Positions 18,761-28,561 of a DNA stretch of 64,000 bases are shown here, in pieces. Location: the NCBI GenBank assembly GCA_965246885.1, contig OZ251992.1:2176001-2240000 (forward strand), written 5' to 3'. A program made the position numbers and the translations under genes. How positions within the stretch are numbered: position 1 is the first letter of the stretch; every line of letters begins with the position of its first letter. Below the pieces are notes generated by a model. That model saw only the letters and a list, made by a program, of their open reading frames with translations, made no database searches and was not told where the DNA came from. The DNA comes from Abditibacterium sp. (lineage in GTDB: Bacteria; Armatimonadota; Abditibacteriia; Abditibacteriales; Abditibacteriaceae).

Positions 18761-19549
18761 TTACTTTCCTCCGAAAGCGTAGCTAATGCCGACGAAATAC
18801 TTGGTATCGTTGCGCAGTTTGCCGATGCCGATTTGGGCGGACAGGGGCTTGCCTTGGGGGGCGTAGCGGGCCGAGAGGGTGTAGGCTTTGGCGACGTCGC
18901 CGTTGCGCGCGAGAAAGTCGGCGCCAATCGACACATCGGGACTAACGATGGCCTCGGCGCCCACGAAGGGGCGGGCATACGTTGTGTTTTTGCCCGGAAC
19001 GTGCGACCTTTGGCCCAAGATGCCCGCGTGCAAACGCGCGCAGGTGCGCTCCTCGCCGTTGCGCAGGTCGTAGCTGCCCGTCGCATACAGCGACAAGACG
19101 TTGCCCAAACTGCTGCCGCCGTTGCTGCCAAAGTCGTAGAGGTGCGCGCCCACAGCGACCGAGCCAAGTCCGTCGGGCGTGGTGTAAACGCGGTATTTGC
19201 CGTGCAAGGTGTAGTAGTTGTCCGTCGCCGAGAAGCCTTGAGTCGCCGTCTTTTGGCGCAGGTAGGACGCGCCGATCTCGCCGCCTTGGAAGCCGTAGCT
19301 CAAGTTGGCAAACGGCTGCAAGTCGGCGTGTCCGCCGCCGTTGGCGAGGCTCACATACTCATAGCCCAGCGAGGCTTCGATGGCGCCGGACGCAACGGTT
19401 TGCGTGGTGGGGATCACGCCCAAACCCGTCGGGCCGGGGAGCGGGTCGCCCGCAGGCGTGGCATGGGCGCCACTTCCCAAAGCGCCCACAACGGCGGCGG
19501 CAAATAACAACGCCAAGGGGCGGCGCGAGACAAGTGGAAAGGACGGCAT
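18761..19549 (-). CDS. Exported protein, probable outer-membrane beta-barrel
   Basis: Signal peptide (...GAHA), alternating amphipathic strands, C-terminus YFVGISYAF. Confidence 0.6.
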   Translation of the reverse strand: MPSFPLVSRRPLALLFAAAVVGALGSGAHATPAGDPLPGPTGLGVIPTTQTVASGAIEASLGYEYVSLANGGGHADLQPFANLSYGFQGGEIGASYLRQKTATQGFSATDNYYTLHGKYRVYTTPDGLGSVAVGAHLYDFGSNGGSSLGNVLSLYATGSYDLRNGEERTCARLHAGILGQRSHVPGKNTTYARPFVGAEAIVSPDVSIGADFLARNGDVAKAYTLSARYAPQGKPLSAQIGIGKLRNDTKYFVGISYAFGGK

Positions 19550-19737
19550 AAAAAAGAGCGCGCGCCCCACCGCGCGCGGCGCGCAAGCCGCCTCGATTTT
19601 ATCCGCTTTGGAGCAGTTTGGCAACGGTTTTTTCGCGTTTTCTTTGAAAGAAGAAGCTGAGTTTTTTCCTCTTGATGATGACTTGACACTGCGGCGTCGT
19701 GTGGATATAGGCCCGATGGCGGCGCACGAATGGCGCA

Positions 19738-19894
19738 AGGCGGCGATGCGATGACAGACCTCTATTGAGCGGTGGCAGGGGTCTGTTGGCCAATGGCAGA
19801 GGTCTGGGAATTGGTGACAGACCCCTGCCGGCCAGTGACAGACGTCCGCCGAGCGATGACGCGCCCGCGCCGAGCGGCCACAGACGTCTCTTCT
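19738..19894. repeat. Dispersed 21-nt-unit element, copy 2 (7 units)
   Basis: Units from 19748, GCGATGACAGACCTCTATTGA to GCGGCCACAGACGTCTCTTCT; same GGCGGCGAYGCGATG leader as copy 1. Confidence 0.8.
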
Positions 19895-19926
19895 CCTCCG
19901 GCGGGCGGGCTTTTACACTTTCCGCC

Positions 19927-21669
19927 ATGAATCCCAATTCAACCGAACTCGAAAACTCCCCGGCCCACCGCAAATACTCGCGCATCGTCGTGGAAGGCGC
20001 CGACCGCGCCGCTTCGCGCGCCATGTATCACGCCCTCGGCTGGACGCCCGACGACTTCGGGAAGTCGCAAGTGGGCATCGCTTCGACGTGGAACATGGTG
20101 ACTCCGTGCAACATGCACATTGACAAGCTCGCCCTTGAAGCCGCGCGCGGCGCCGACGAAGCGGGCGGCAAGGCCGTCATCTTCAACACCATCGGCATTT
20201 CTGACGGCATCTCGATGGGCACCGAAGGCATGAAATACTCCCTTGTGTCGCGCGAGGTCATCGCCGATTCCATCGAGTGCGTCGTCGGCTGCGAAGGATA
20301 CGACGGCGTCGTGGCCATCGGCGGCTGCGACAAGAACATGCCCGGTTGCTTGATTGGTCTGGCCCGCCTCAATCGGCCATCGGTCTTCGTGTATGGCGGC
20401 ACCATTTTGCCGGGTTGCTTGACGGGCGGCGCATGCGACCTCGACGACCCCACGCAACAGAAAATAGACCTTGTATCGGTTTTCGAGGCCGTTGGGGGGC
20501 ACGCGGCGGGCAACGTTTCGGACGATGAACTGCGCGAAATCGAGCAACGCGCCATCCCCGGCGCCGGGTCGTGCGGCGGCATGTACACCGCCAACACAAT
20601 GGCCAGCGCCATCGAAGCGATGGGAATGTCCCTCCCCGGCTCCAGCGCGCAGATCGCCGTTTCGCCCGCCAAAAAGAGCGACTGCGAGCGCGCGGGCGCG
20701 GCTGTTATGCACCTCATCGCCCGCGACATTAAGCCGCGCGACATTATGACCCGCGAAGCGTTCGAGAACGCCATCACCGTCGTTATTGCACTTGGCGGCT
20801 CGACCAACGCCGTTTTGCACCTGCTCGCTATGGCGCACGCGGCGGAAGTGCCGCTTTCGATTCACGACTTTTCCGCTATCGGCAAGCGCACTCCCGTTTT
20901 GGCCGACTTGAAGCCCTCCGGCAAGTATTCGATGGCCGAACTGTCGCGCGTCGGCGGCATCCAGCCGTTGATGAAGCGCCTTCTCGCGCAGGGCTTGTTG
21001 CACGGCGACTGCCTGACCGTCACGGGTCGCACCGTCGCGGAGAATTTGGCGGAAGTCGCCGACTACGACGAGAAGCAGTCCATCATCCACGACTTTTCCG
21101 ACCCCATCAAGCCCGATTCGCACATCGTTATCTTCGGCGGCAACCTCGCACCGGGCGGCGCCGTCGGCAAGATTTCTGGCAAAGAAGGGCTGTCCTTCAC
21201 GGGCCGCGCGCGCGTGTTCGAGGGTGAGGAACACTGCCTCTGTTCTATATTAGACGGCACCGTCGTCGCGGGCGACGTGTTGGTCATCCGAGGCGAAGGG
21301 CCAAGAGGCGGGCCGGGGATGCGCGAGATGCTCTCGCCAACGAGCGCCGTCATGGGCAAGGGGTTGGGCAAGACCGTCGCGCTTATCACCGATGGCAGAT
21401 TTAGCGGCGGCAGTCACGGCTTCGTTGTCGGCCACATCACGCCCGAAGCCTTCGAGGGCGGCCCGATTGCCCTTATCCACGACGGCGACGAAATCTCCAT
21501 CAACGCGCAGTCCCGCGAACTCAGTCTCCACATCCCCGCCGAGGAGTTGGCCAAGCGTGCCGCCGCGTGGCAAAAGCCCGCCCCCCACTACCGGCGCGGC
21601 TTGTTGGCAAAGTATGCCGCGCAAGTCACCAGCGCCAGCTTGGGCGCGGTAACTGACTTGGGGTTGTAA
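19927..21669 (+). CDS. ilvD: Dihydroxy-acid dehydratase
   Basis: [44 protein letters not shown]. Confidence 0.97.
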   Translation: MNPNSTELENSPAHRKYSRIVVEGADRAASRAMYHALGWTPDDFGKSQVGIASTWNMVTPCNMHIDKLALEAARGADEAGGKAVIFNTIGISDGISMGTEGMKYSLVSREVIADSIECVVGCEGYDGVVAIGGCDKNMPGCLIGLARLNRPSVFVYGGTILPGCLTGGACDLDDPTQQKIDLVSVFEAVGGHAAGNVSDDELREIEQRAIPGAGSCGGMYTANTMASAIEAMGMSLPGSSAQIAVSPAKKSDCERAGAAVMHLIARDIKPRDIMTREAFENAITVVIALGGSTNAVLHLLAMAHAAEVPLSIHDFSAIGKRTPVLADLKPSGKYSMAELSRVGGIQPLMKRLLAQGLLHGDCLTVTGRTVAENLAEVADYDEKQSIIHDFSDPIKPDSHIVIFGGNLAPGGAVGKISGKEGLSFTGRARVFEGEEHCLCSILDGTVVAGDVLVIRGEGPRGGPGMREMLSPTSAVMGKGLGKTVALITDGRFSGGSHGFVVGHITPEAFEGGPIALIHDGDEISINAQSRELSLHIPAEELAKRAAAWQKPAPHYRRGLLAKYAAQVTSASLGAVTDLGL

Positions 21670-21709
21670 ACAAAGCAGCATGCCACGCAAGTGGCGCACG
21701 TTCCAATAT

Positions 21710-22237
21710 ATGCAGATACAATACGAACTCACGCCCGCCGATATAATGGCGTCTCAGTCGCTCTTCCAGTGGCGCCGCTCTCGTCTGGTCAGTTGGGGAC
21801 TTACGCTCTATGGCGTCCTGTTTTTTCTTTGGGGGCTGTTGATGCTTATTGCTGGCTCGCTTTCGCTGGCCGTAGTGCCTTTGATTCTTGGAACGTTTGC
21901 GGCTACTTTTATGCCGGTGATTATGCCGCGCCTTCTCCTGAAGAACTGGAGCAAAGCGCGCAAACCGAATGGGCCAACAACTCTATCCACTTCGCCCGAT
22001 GGTGTAGAGATTAGCCACTCGCTTGCGCGCCTTTCGATGAAATGGGAGATGTTTATTGACGTTCTCGAAGGCCCAACTCTTTGGCTCTTGTTTATACAGC
22101 CTCAATTCTATTATGTCATTCCCAAGCGCGCCTTCGCGTCAGTAGCCGATCAAGACCTGTTCCGCACCGATCTGTTGCACATTGAGGCGGCGAAGCAAAC
22201 CGCGAGTGCGCCGTCACCGCCCCTTTCGGTGCCTTAA
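21710..22237 (+). CDS. YcxB family membrane protein
   Basis: Two TM helices followed by the C-terminal KW...IPKRAF signature. Confidence 0.75.
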   Translation: MQIQYELTPADIMASQSLFQWRRSRLVSWGLTLYGVLFFLWGLLMLIAGSLSLAVVPLILGTFAATFMPVIMPRLLLKNWSKARKPNGPTTLSTSPDGVEISHSLARLSMKWEMFIDVLEGPTLWLLFIQPQFYYVIPKRAFASVADQDLFRTDLLHIEAAKQTASAPSPPLSVP

Positions 22238-22623
22238 TCTCCCTCCAACACCACCACTGCCGCCGCTATGCCACCGTCGTGGGTGATGGAGAGCAGCACG
22301 TTCGAGACGCCGCGTCTGCCTGCAATTTGCGCGGCGACGCCGATAATGCGCAGGGTGGGGCAGCCGTTTGGGGCGCGGACGACTTCGAAATCTTTCCACG
22401 TCACGCCGTCGGTAAAGCCGGTGCCCAAGGCTTTACTGGCGGCTTCTTTGGCGGCGAGGCGGCCCGCGACGTGGTTGGCTTTGGCTCCGGGGTGAGAGTA
22501 TTTGGCGGCTTCGAGGGTTTCGGCATGTGTGCAGATGCGCGCGAGGAAGCGGTCGCCGTGCCGCTCGATGTTGGTGGCGACGCGGTCAACGCGGGCGATG
22601 TCGAGGCCCAGTCCGATGACCAC
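22234..22623 (-). CDS. acpS: Holo-[acyl-carrier-protein] synthase
   Basis: IGLGLDI, AGRLAAKEAASKALGTG, LSITHD. Confidence 0.93.
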   Translation of the reverse strand: MVIGLGLDIARVDRVATNIERHGDRFLARICTHAETLEAAKYSHPGAKANHVAGRLAAKEAASKALGTGFTDGVTWKDFEVVRAPNGCPTLRIIGVAAQIAGRRGVSNVLLSITHDGGIAAAVVVLEGD

Positions 22624-23115
22624 TTAGCTTTGCCCCGCGAAAGCGCGCACGTCGTCTTCGCTGAGCACTTTGCCGGGGAAGCGCGCGGCGACGAGTTCGA
22701 GGTCTACGCCCGCATCCTTGGCGGCGCGGCGCGCGGCGGGGGTGGCGCGCAGGCGGGTGGAAGTGGCGGCGGGAGTGCCGTTATCTTCCAGTCGGGCGGG
22801 CTGGGAGTGGGGGGAAGTGGGAACAGAGACCGCGCTTGTCAAGGCCGCGTTCTCTCCTGACACATCGGGCACCGCTTCGTCTGCCTCGCCAACGAGCGCG
22901 AGGATGAACCCAACGGGGACGACGGCTTTTTCGGGGGCGACGAGTTGGCGGACGGTTCCGGCGCTCTCGGCGGGGAGTTCGAGGTTGGTCTTTTCGGTGA
23001 TAAGTTCGCAGAGCGGCGTGCCGACCGAAACGGCATCGCCCTCGCGCACCAGCCAGCGCCCGACGGTGGCCTCTTCCATGTTCTCGAACAAGCGGGGGAG
23101 AGCGATTTTTTGCAC
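22624..23115 (-). CDS. Lipoyl-domain plus E3-binding (PSBD) protein without E2 catalytic domain
   Basis: WLVREGDAV...ITEKTNLELP...G lipoyl fold; RATPAARRAAKDAGVDL...EDDV PSBD; stop at 163 aa. Confidence 0.8.
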   Translation of the reverse strand: MQKIALPRLFENMEEATVGRWLVREGDAVSVGTPLCELITEKTNLELPAESAGTVRQLVAPEKAVVPVGFILALVGEADEAVPDVSGENAALTSAVSVPTSPHSQPARLEDNGTPAATSTRLRATPAARRAAKDAGVDLELVAARFPGKVLSEDDVRAFAGQS

Positions 23116-23121
23116 GGCCCC

Positions 23122-23131
23122 AGTTTATACT
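23122..23131. promoter_or_regulatory. Overlapping bidirectional -10 elements
   Basis: TATACT (+, 23126-23131) 8 nt before ATG 23140; TAAACT (-, 23127-23122) 6 nt before GTG 23115. Confidence 0.55.
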
Positions 23132-23139
23132 CGCTTCCC

Positions 23140-23979
23140 ATGCCCATCCCCCTCCCTTTTGCCATTGAGGACGCCCTTGCCATTGCGCGCGAAGCGGGCG
23201 CCCTCGCCCTCGCCATGAAAAGCACGGCGCGCGTCGAACTCAAAGATGACGCCACCCTCGTCACCGAAGCCGACCGCGCCGTTGAGCGGCTCCTGCACGC
23301 GAAGCTCGGCGACCTCGCGCCGGGGTGGAGCTTTCTGGGGGAAGAAACCGGCATGAGCGGCGACCCCTCCGCGCCCTCGTGGGTGATTGACCCCATTGAC
23401 GGCACCACCAACTACGCGCGCGGTATTCCGACGTGGTGCGTGTCCATCGGCGCCGTCGCCGAGGGCCAGCCCATCTTCGGCGCCTTGTGCGTGCCGGAAC
23501 TGGGAGAACTGTTTTGGGCCGCGCCCGGACAAGGCGCGTGGAAAATCAAGGGCGGCGCCACCACGCGTTTGCACGTGCGCGACGCTTTGCCCTTGGCCCA
23601 AGAAGACCCCATTGCAGGTAACACCACCGTCGAACGCATCCTCGATTTTGGCGACGTGCCCAACCGCTTGCGCAATTTCGGCTCGCTCGCCTACCACTTG
23701 ACCCTGCTCGCGCAAGGCTCGCTCGTCGCCAACATCGCGCACTATCACAAGCTCTATGACGTGGCCGCCGGACTTTGCCTGTGCTTCGAGGCGGGCTGCG
23801 AAGCGCGCTACATGGATGGCTCCGTGTGGCACGCGCGCGTTTCCACCCACAGCGAGACCACCCCCATGCTGTGCGCGCCGCCCCAAACGTTGGAGTTCCT
23901 GCTCCGCAACCTGCACTTGAAAGCCATCCCCGAAGTCTCATCGGAAGAAGCCGACAACAAGGGCATGGCCGTTGATTAG
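23140..23979 (+). CDS. Inositol monophosphatase family protein
   Basis: VTEAD, LGEE, WVIDPIDGTTNY, YDVAAG. Confidence 0.92.
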   Translation: MPIPLPFAIEDALAIAREAGALALAMKSTARVELKDDATLVTEADRAVERLLHAKLGDLAPGWSFLGEETGMSGDPSAPSWVIDPIDGTTNYARGIPTWCVSIGAVAEGQPIFGALCVPELGELFWAAPGQGAWKIKGGATTRLHVRDALPLAQEDPIAGNTTVERILDFGDVPNRLRNFGSLAYHLTLLAQGSLVANIAHYHKLYDVAAGLCLCFEAGCEARYMDGSVWHARVSTHSETTPMLCAPPQTLEFLLRNLHLKAIPEVSSEEADNKGMAVD

Positions 23980-24000
23980 TCGGGCACACTACACACCCAC

Positions 24001-24291
24001 ATGATTCACCACATGGTTTGGTTCAAGCTGCGCGAGGACATCGCGCCCACCGATAAAGAGTTCCTGCGCGCCCAACTGACCGGCCTGACCGAGCAAATTC
24101 CTCAGATCGTCGAACTGGCGTGCGGCGAGGATTTCTCCGAACGCTCGCGCGGCTTCGGCTGGGGGTTGTACGTGCGCTTCGCGTCGAAAGAGGACGGGCA
24201 AATCTACGACAAGCACCCCGAACATCAAGCCTTCATCGCGCGCTGCAAGCACTTGTGGAGCGACGTGCAGGCGCTCGACTTCGAGGGCTGA
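24001..24291 (+). CDS. Dabb family stress-responsive A/B barrel protein
   Basis: MIHHMVWFK...YDKHPEHQ...LDF. Confidence 0.88.
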   Translation: MIHHMVWFKLREDIAPTDKEFLRAQLTGLTEQIPQIVELACGEDFSERSRGFGWGLYVRFASKEDGQIYDKHPEHQAFIARCKHLWSDVQALDFEG

Positions 24292-24297
24292 GGCGCT

Positions 24298-25581
24298 TCA
24301 CACCACGTCCAGCGTTAGCACCCAGTCAATTCCCTCTTCGGGTGGGGTGAACTCCCGCCAACCGGACGGGGCGACCGAGTCAAAGGCGTGCGACTGGCCG
24401 GTGCGCGGGTCGAACCAACCGGCGCGCGCCCTGCCGCTTAGGACGCTCGTATCTACTTCGATGGGTTGCGATGCGGGGAAGTAGACGAGGGCGAAGCTGC
24501 CCTTGGCGTCGCGGCTGGCGCGGATTGTGTCGGAGCCTTCGCCCAAGTCGCCGCGCAGAATGGCTTGGGCGGGCACGCGGGAGAAGAAGGCGCGGCTTTC
24601 GAGCAACTGTCGGACGTGCCCCATCTGGAAGGCGCCGGGTAAATCGAGGGCCTGGCGCCATGTGCGGCGACTGCCAAAGCCGTCGAAGACGCCCTTCTTG
24701 TCGCATTGAAAGACGGAATTGGCGCCGTAGGTGTGCCCGCAAGCGCCCGCGAAGAGGGCGATGTAGGCGGCTTTGCGGGCATCGAGGTCGTCAAAGTAGC
24801 CGTTGGCTTTGTCCCACTTGTCCGGCTCGGCCCAGTTCCACGCGATGGGGTGGTCTTCGTAGCGCGGCTCGCCGTCGAGCACGGGCTTGACTGGGATGCG
24901 CGCGTAATCTGCTTCGATGAGCGGGGCGTTGGAGATTTCCGGGCGAGAGTGCCCGCTTTGCTGCATGTGAAAGTCCACCCACGCCTCGTCGGAGAAGTAT
25001 TTCGAGGACGAGTAGGGGCCGGGCGGGTGGAAGGATTGCAACTGCGCGCCGCCACCAGCCTTCAAACCGGCGGACAGGGCACGGATGGTGGCCCTGTGCT
25101 CGTCGGTTTCGACGTGCCGGTCGCCGCCCAACACCCAAAAGAGCGGTGTGCCTCGGAAATAGTCGCCGAGCCACTGGCCGTAAACTCCGGCGTTGTCGGG
25201 AGTAAAAACTTGCGGGCCAATGCCGCCATCCACGCGCCACTTGTCGCCCCATGTCGGCAAAAGCGCAATGGTAATGCCGCGCTTGCCAGCCTCTCCGCAC
25301 ACCCACAGGACGTGCGCCCAAAATGCGGGGTTAGGGCGCGTCGGGTCGAGATCGAAAAGCGGCAATTCGCCGTCGGCGTTGCCCACGCGCAATCCGTCAA
25401 ACTCGGAAATGCCGACCATTTGCGCGACCGTAAAGCCTTTGGCCGCGCGGTCGTCGAGATAGTCGAGCGTTTCGGCTTTGTCCAAGCGTTGCGGCACGGC
25501 CCATGCCGTATCGCCAAGCCAAAAGAACGGCGAGCCGTCGGCGTGGGCCAAGAAGCGGCGGTTAGCGGAGAGTTGAAACAT
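24298..25581 (-). CDS. DUF4038 / GH140-like glycoside hydrolase with C-terminal collagen-binding-like domain
   Basis: DGSPFFWLGDTAW, LGGD, QSGH, KPVLDGEPRYE, GHTYG, WFDPRTG, DWVL. Confidence 0.85.
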   Translation of the reverse strand: MFQLSANRRFLAHADGSPFFWLGDTAWAVPQRLDKAETLDYLDDRAAKGFTVAQMVGISEFDGLRVGNADGELPLFDLDPTRPNPAFWAHVLWVCGEAGKRGITIALLPTWGDKWRVDGGIGPQVFTPDNAGVYGQWLGDYFRGTPLFWVLGGDRHVETDEHRATIRALSAGLKAGGGAQLQSFHPPGPYSSSKYFSDEAWVDFHMQQSGHSRPEISNAPLIEADYARIPVKPVLDGEPRYEDHPIAWNWAEPDKWDKANGYFDDLDARKAAYIALFAGACGHTYGANSVFQCDKKGVFDGFGSRRTWRQALDLPGAFQMGHVRQLLESRAFFSRVPAQAILRGDLGEGSDTIRASRDAKGSFALVYFPASQPIEVDTSVLSGRARAGWFDPRTGQSHAFDSVAPSGWREFTPPEEGIDWVLTLDVV

Positions 25582-25614
25582 TCAATTGCGAGGCGTGCAG
25601 TGTGCCCGTCTGCT

Positions 25615-26895
25615 TCACTCCGACGCGACGGCGGCGCGCTTGCGAGAAGGCGTATCTACATGATGCGCCTGCGACTTGAAGACACGGTGCGGCTCGACGT
25701 GGACAACAGGGCAAATCACTGGGTGCAAGCGGCGCAAGAGGAAGTTGACGAGGCCGTTGTGGTGCTTGATGAAGAGGGACAAGCGGAAACCTTGGACGCC
25801 CAAGCGACTCTTGAACTTGTAGGAGGTCTGGCCGGTGGAAACGTGCGACACGCCGCGCTCGCACGCGAGGGCAATGGCGGGGTAGATCAGGTTAAAGTAG
25901 ACGTTGTAGTCGTCGTTGACGGCGTAATCCACGCCGGTATAGAGGTCTTGCACGCCAGCGCGGGTTTCCATGAGAAGCTCGATGCCGACCAGCCTGCCGG
26001 TTGCTTTTTCGCGTGCGGTGACGAGGCGGGCGCACTCGCAATCGCCCAAAGCGCGGAAGAACGCGGGGGTAAGCTCCTCGAAAGTGGCTTCGGCGCGGGC
26101 CAGCACTTGCGAATACAGGGCGTGCGCTTCTTCGGCGAGGTGGCCAAAGTTCGTCTCGACGCGAATATCAAGGCTGGTGGAGCGCTCTTGGTCGTCGCGC
26201 ACGGCGCGACGATAGAGCTTACGCATGGCGCCGGTGTAGTCGTCCAAGGAGTGCCAGTCTTGCTCGATGTCAATGCGCGTTCCGGGAAGAGAAGCGGCTT
26301 GCACGAAGCCGGAAGTTCGCAAGGCGGGGCCGAACTGAGTGACGGACTCGTCGGGCAGTTCAAAGAACAAACGCAAGCCGGGGCCAGACAAGCCCTCGAC
26401 GGCCTCGACGAGTTGGCGGGCGACTTTCTCGCGTTCGGCGCCTTCCAATTGGGGTGCAAGGGCGAGGTTGGGGCGGCAGTTGGTGATGATGGGGCCGCAG
26501 GTATGAGCACGCAAGATGCCCAGACGCTTCATCGGCCCTTTGCGAACGCGCGCGGCCCACTGTTTGAGCGAAGGCGCGGCCAAAGTCAGCAGGTCAATCT
26601 CGCTTTGAAACACGACCGCGACGCCTGCGATGCGCCCTTGATGGGAAACGGCGAGGTAGCGCGGACGCTTCATCATGCCGGACGACTGGGCGGCGAAGAG
26701 GAAGTCGTGGCGCAGTTGCGGCTCTTCTTCGGGCAATGCCGCGTTCCACTCCTGCGCGTCGAACGCAAGAATGGAATCGCACACTTGGAGGGACGAAGCG
26801 CCTTCCGATAGAGTACGCTCAGAATCGGTCAAGGCCGTATTCACCCCGTAGTCGAGCGGCAAGGAGGGCAACGGCAACGAGGAGTGACGGGTCAT
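25615..26895 (-). CDS. GNAT/FemAB-like acyltransferase
   Basis: SLDDYTGAMRKLYRRAVR, YTGVDY...YFNL, GQTSYKFKSRLG. Confidence 0.75.
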   Translation of the reverse strand: MTRHSSLPLPSLPLDYGVNTALTDSERTLSEGASSLQVCDSILAFDAQEWNAALPEEEPQLRHDFLFAAQSSGMMKRPRYLAVSHQGRIAGVAVVFQSEIDLLTLAAPSLKQWAARVRKGPMKRLGILRAHTCGPIITNCRPNLALAPQLEGAEREKVARQLVEAVEGLSGPGLRLFFELPDESVTQFGPALRTSGFVQAASLPGTRIDIEQDWHSLDDYTGAMRKLYRRAVRDDQERSTSLDIRVETNFGHLAEEAHALYSQVLARAEATFEELTPAFFRALGDCECARLVTAREKATGRLVGIELLMETRAGVQDLYTGVDYAVNDDYNVYFNLIYPAIALACERGVSHVSTGQTSYKFKSRLGVQGFRLSLFIKHHNGLVNFLLRRLHPVICPVVHVEPHRVFKSQAHHVDTPSRKRAAVASE

Positions 26896-27017
26896 AAGGC
26901 AAGCGCAGAAGCGGAGAATTTGGACGTAGGTTTAACATGCGAGATTCGCGTGTTAAGGGATATTAAGAGCATCCTCATAAGCCCTTCACAATGAAACACA
27001 CAGCGCTCGGTAGTATT

Positions 27018-27953
27018 TCACCCGGCAAACGCCCGCCACAGCGCGATGTTAGTCGCCTCATTGCGACGAAGTTCCGCTTCCGAGGGCGTGCGCGGGGCCG
27101 GATGGTCGGCGCGCGAAACTGCCCGAAACAAGAAGTTGCGCGGCTGCCCGCCGCTCCACTCACCGGTCACGTCCGCGCCCACAATCACCTTCTCGGCGCG
27201 AATCGCTTCGATGGCCGCGCACACGTCGGGCAACGCCAATTCCCCCGCATCCCAGTTGGAAATGGCGCTTTCTGGGCGCAGGCAATCCTTATCGAGAGAG
27301 ATGTAGACTGAGCGCGTCGGCAGACGCGCCAGCACGTCCGTCAATATCGCGTCCCACCCCGCCGCCGCAATCGTTTTCCAACGAAGCCACACTCCCTTTT
27401 GCTTTGCTCCCGACGTCAGAGTGCGCGCCCGCACCGTTGGCCACAGCGACCGCGCCAGCGTCGCCGGGTAAATCTCCAACCGTCCACTGAGAAGCGCCGC
27501 GCGGTTGCCGCGCCATAGTTGCGCGCCGCCCAAATCCTCCTTGCCCGCGCCCAACACCACGATGCGCTCGACGTGGGGCAACCGGAGCGCCGCGTTGACC
27601 CACGTTCCGCAACAGGGCCAAGGCGAAGTTGTGTCCCAATCGGGATGCTGGTCGAAGACGATCACACTCAGCGGTTCACGGTGAAATTTCAAAAGCGAAA
27701 ACGTCAGATGGTGGAAGTCGCCCGACCCGTAAAACGTGAGGCGGTGTTTATGTTCTGGGGCCGACTGCTGCGCCAAGCGGTGCTCGAAACTCGCGCGCCT
27801 TTGGACGCGGCAGAGGTAGCGCAAGTGTGGCCCAAGCGCTGCGAAAGACGTGGTGTGGGCACCCGAAACGGATAAGAACTCGCGCTGGCGAGAAAGCGAG
27901 CCATCCAAATCCAAAACGCGTGGCTGGGGCGAAAACGGCGAACTAAGCGGCAT
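27018..27953 (-). CDS. Arginase/ureohydrolase-fold metalloenzyme
   Basis: GSGDFHH, FDQHPD, YISLDKDCL, GADVTGE metal-ligand motifs. Confidence 0.78.
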   Translation of the reverse strand: MPLSSPFSPQPRVLDLDGSLSRQREFLSVSGAHTTSFAALGPHLRYLCRVQRRASFEHRLAQQSAPEHKHRLTFYGSGDFHHLTFSLLKFHREPLSVIVFDQHPDWDTTSPWPCCGTWVNAALRLPHVERIVVLGAGKEDLGGAQLWRGNRAALLSGRLEIYPATLARSLWPTVRARTLTSGAKQKGVWLRWKTIAAAGWDAILTDVLARLPTRSVYISLDKDCLRPESAISNWDAGELALPDVCAAIEAIRAEKVIVGADVTGEWSGGQPRNFLFRAVSRADHPAPRTPSEAELRRNEATNIALWRAFAG

Positions 27954-28016
27954 GGGAGGAGCGAAAGAGGCCAATACAGCGTAACCTTTGCGGTGCCCGC
28001 GCGTTCCGCTTAGCCC

Positions 28017-28313
28017 ATGCCCGCCCTGATTTCCCCCGCGTATCTCGAAGCCGCGCGCGTCCTTGCGCTGTCGTCGAGCCTGATTGTCACCATCGGCTCC
28101 TACGATCAAGTCTGGAGGATTTGGCGCTCGAAAAGCGTGCGCGATATTTCGCCGAGCCTTGTCTATCTATCGGGAGTCAACGAAGTGACATGGCTCAACT
28201 ACGGTTTCGCGCTCCAAGAGTGGCCCATGATTCTGGTGGGCGTCATCAACTTCCCGGCGTGCGTGTTGGCGATTTGGGGCTACCTCAAATTCCGCGAGCG
28301 GAAGAAAGAATGA
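28017..28313 (+). CDS. SemiSWEET/PQ-loop family small transporter
   Basis: 98 aa, 3 TM helices, QVWRIWRSKSVRDIS, WLNYG, N in TM3; the PQ motif reads DQ. Confidence 0.7.
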   Translation: MPALISPAYLEAARVLALSSSLIVTIGSYDQVWRIWRSKSVRDISPSLVYLSGVNEVTWLNYGFALQEWPMILVGVINFPACVLAIWGYLKFRERKKE

Positions 28314-28338
28314 CGGCGGCGGGCGATTCCCAGAAGTG

Positions 28339-28443
28339 GGCGGGCAGAATAATTAACTAACTGACGCCAGAATTAACTGCGCCATCGGCAAAATAATGCG
28401 CGCCGCCGGAAGAATTATACGCGCCGCCGGGAGAATTAGGTGG
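28339..28443. repeat. Degenerate 21-nt tandem repeat (second type), about 5 units
   Basis: GCCATCGGCAAAATAATGCGC / GCCGCCGGAAGAATTATACGC / GCCGCCGGGAGAATTAGGTGG in 21-nt register. Confidence 0.6.
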
Positions 28444-28561
28444 GGCGACCGGCGGCGCGACTTATTCCTTTGCTGTCCCATGCCGGTCAGGGGCGCTCCG
28501 GCTCACTTGGAATGTTCCGAGCCTTGCGGTTTCCAATGGCGCGGGGCCGCACACTGAAACG

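Noticed and set aside
19765..19926. N-terminal extension of IlvD or an attenuator leader peptide
   Set aside because: This is the repeat element. There is no Ile/Leu/Val-rich leader, T-box or terminator.
24706..26811. 701-aa plus-strand ORF
   Set aside because: Antisense shadow of the GH140-like and GNAT genes, with no recognisable motifs.
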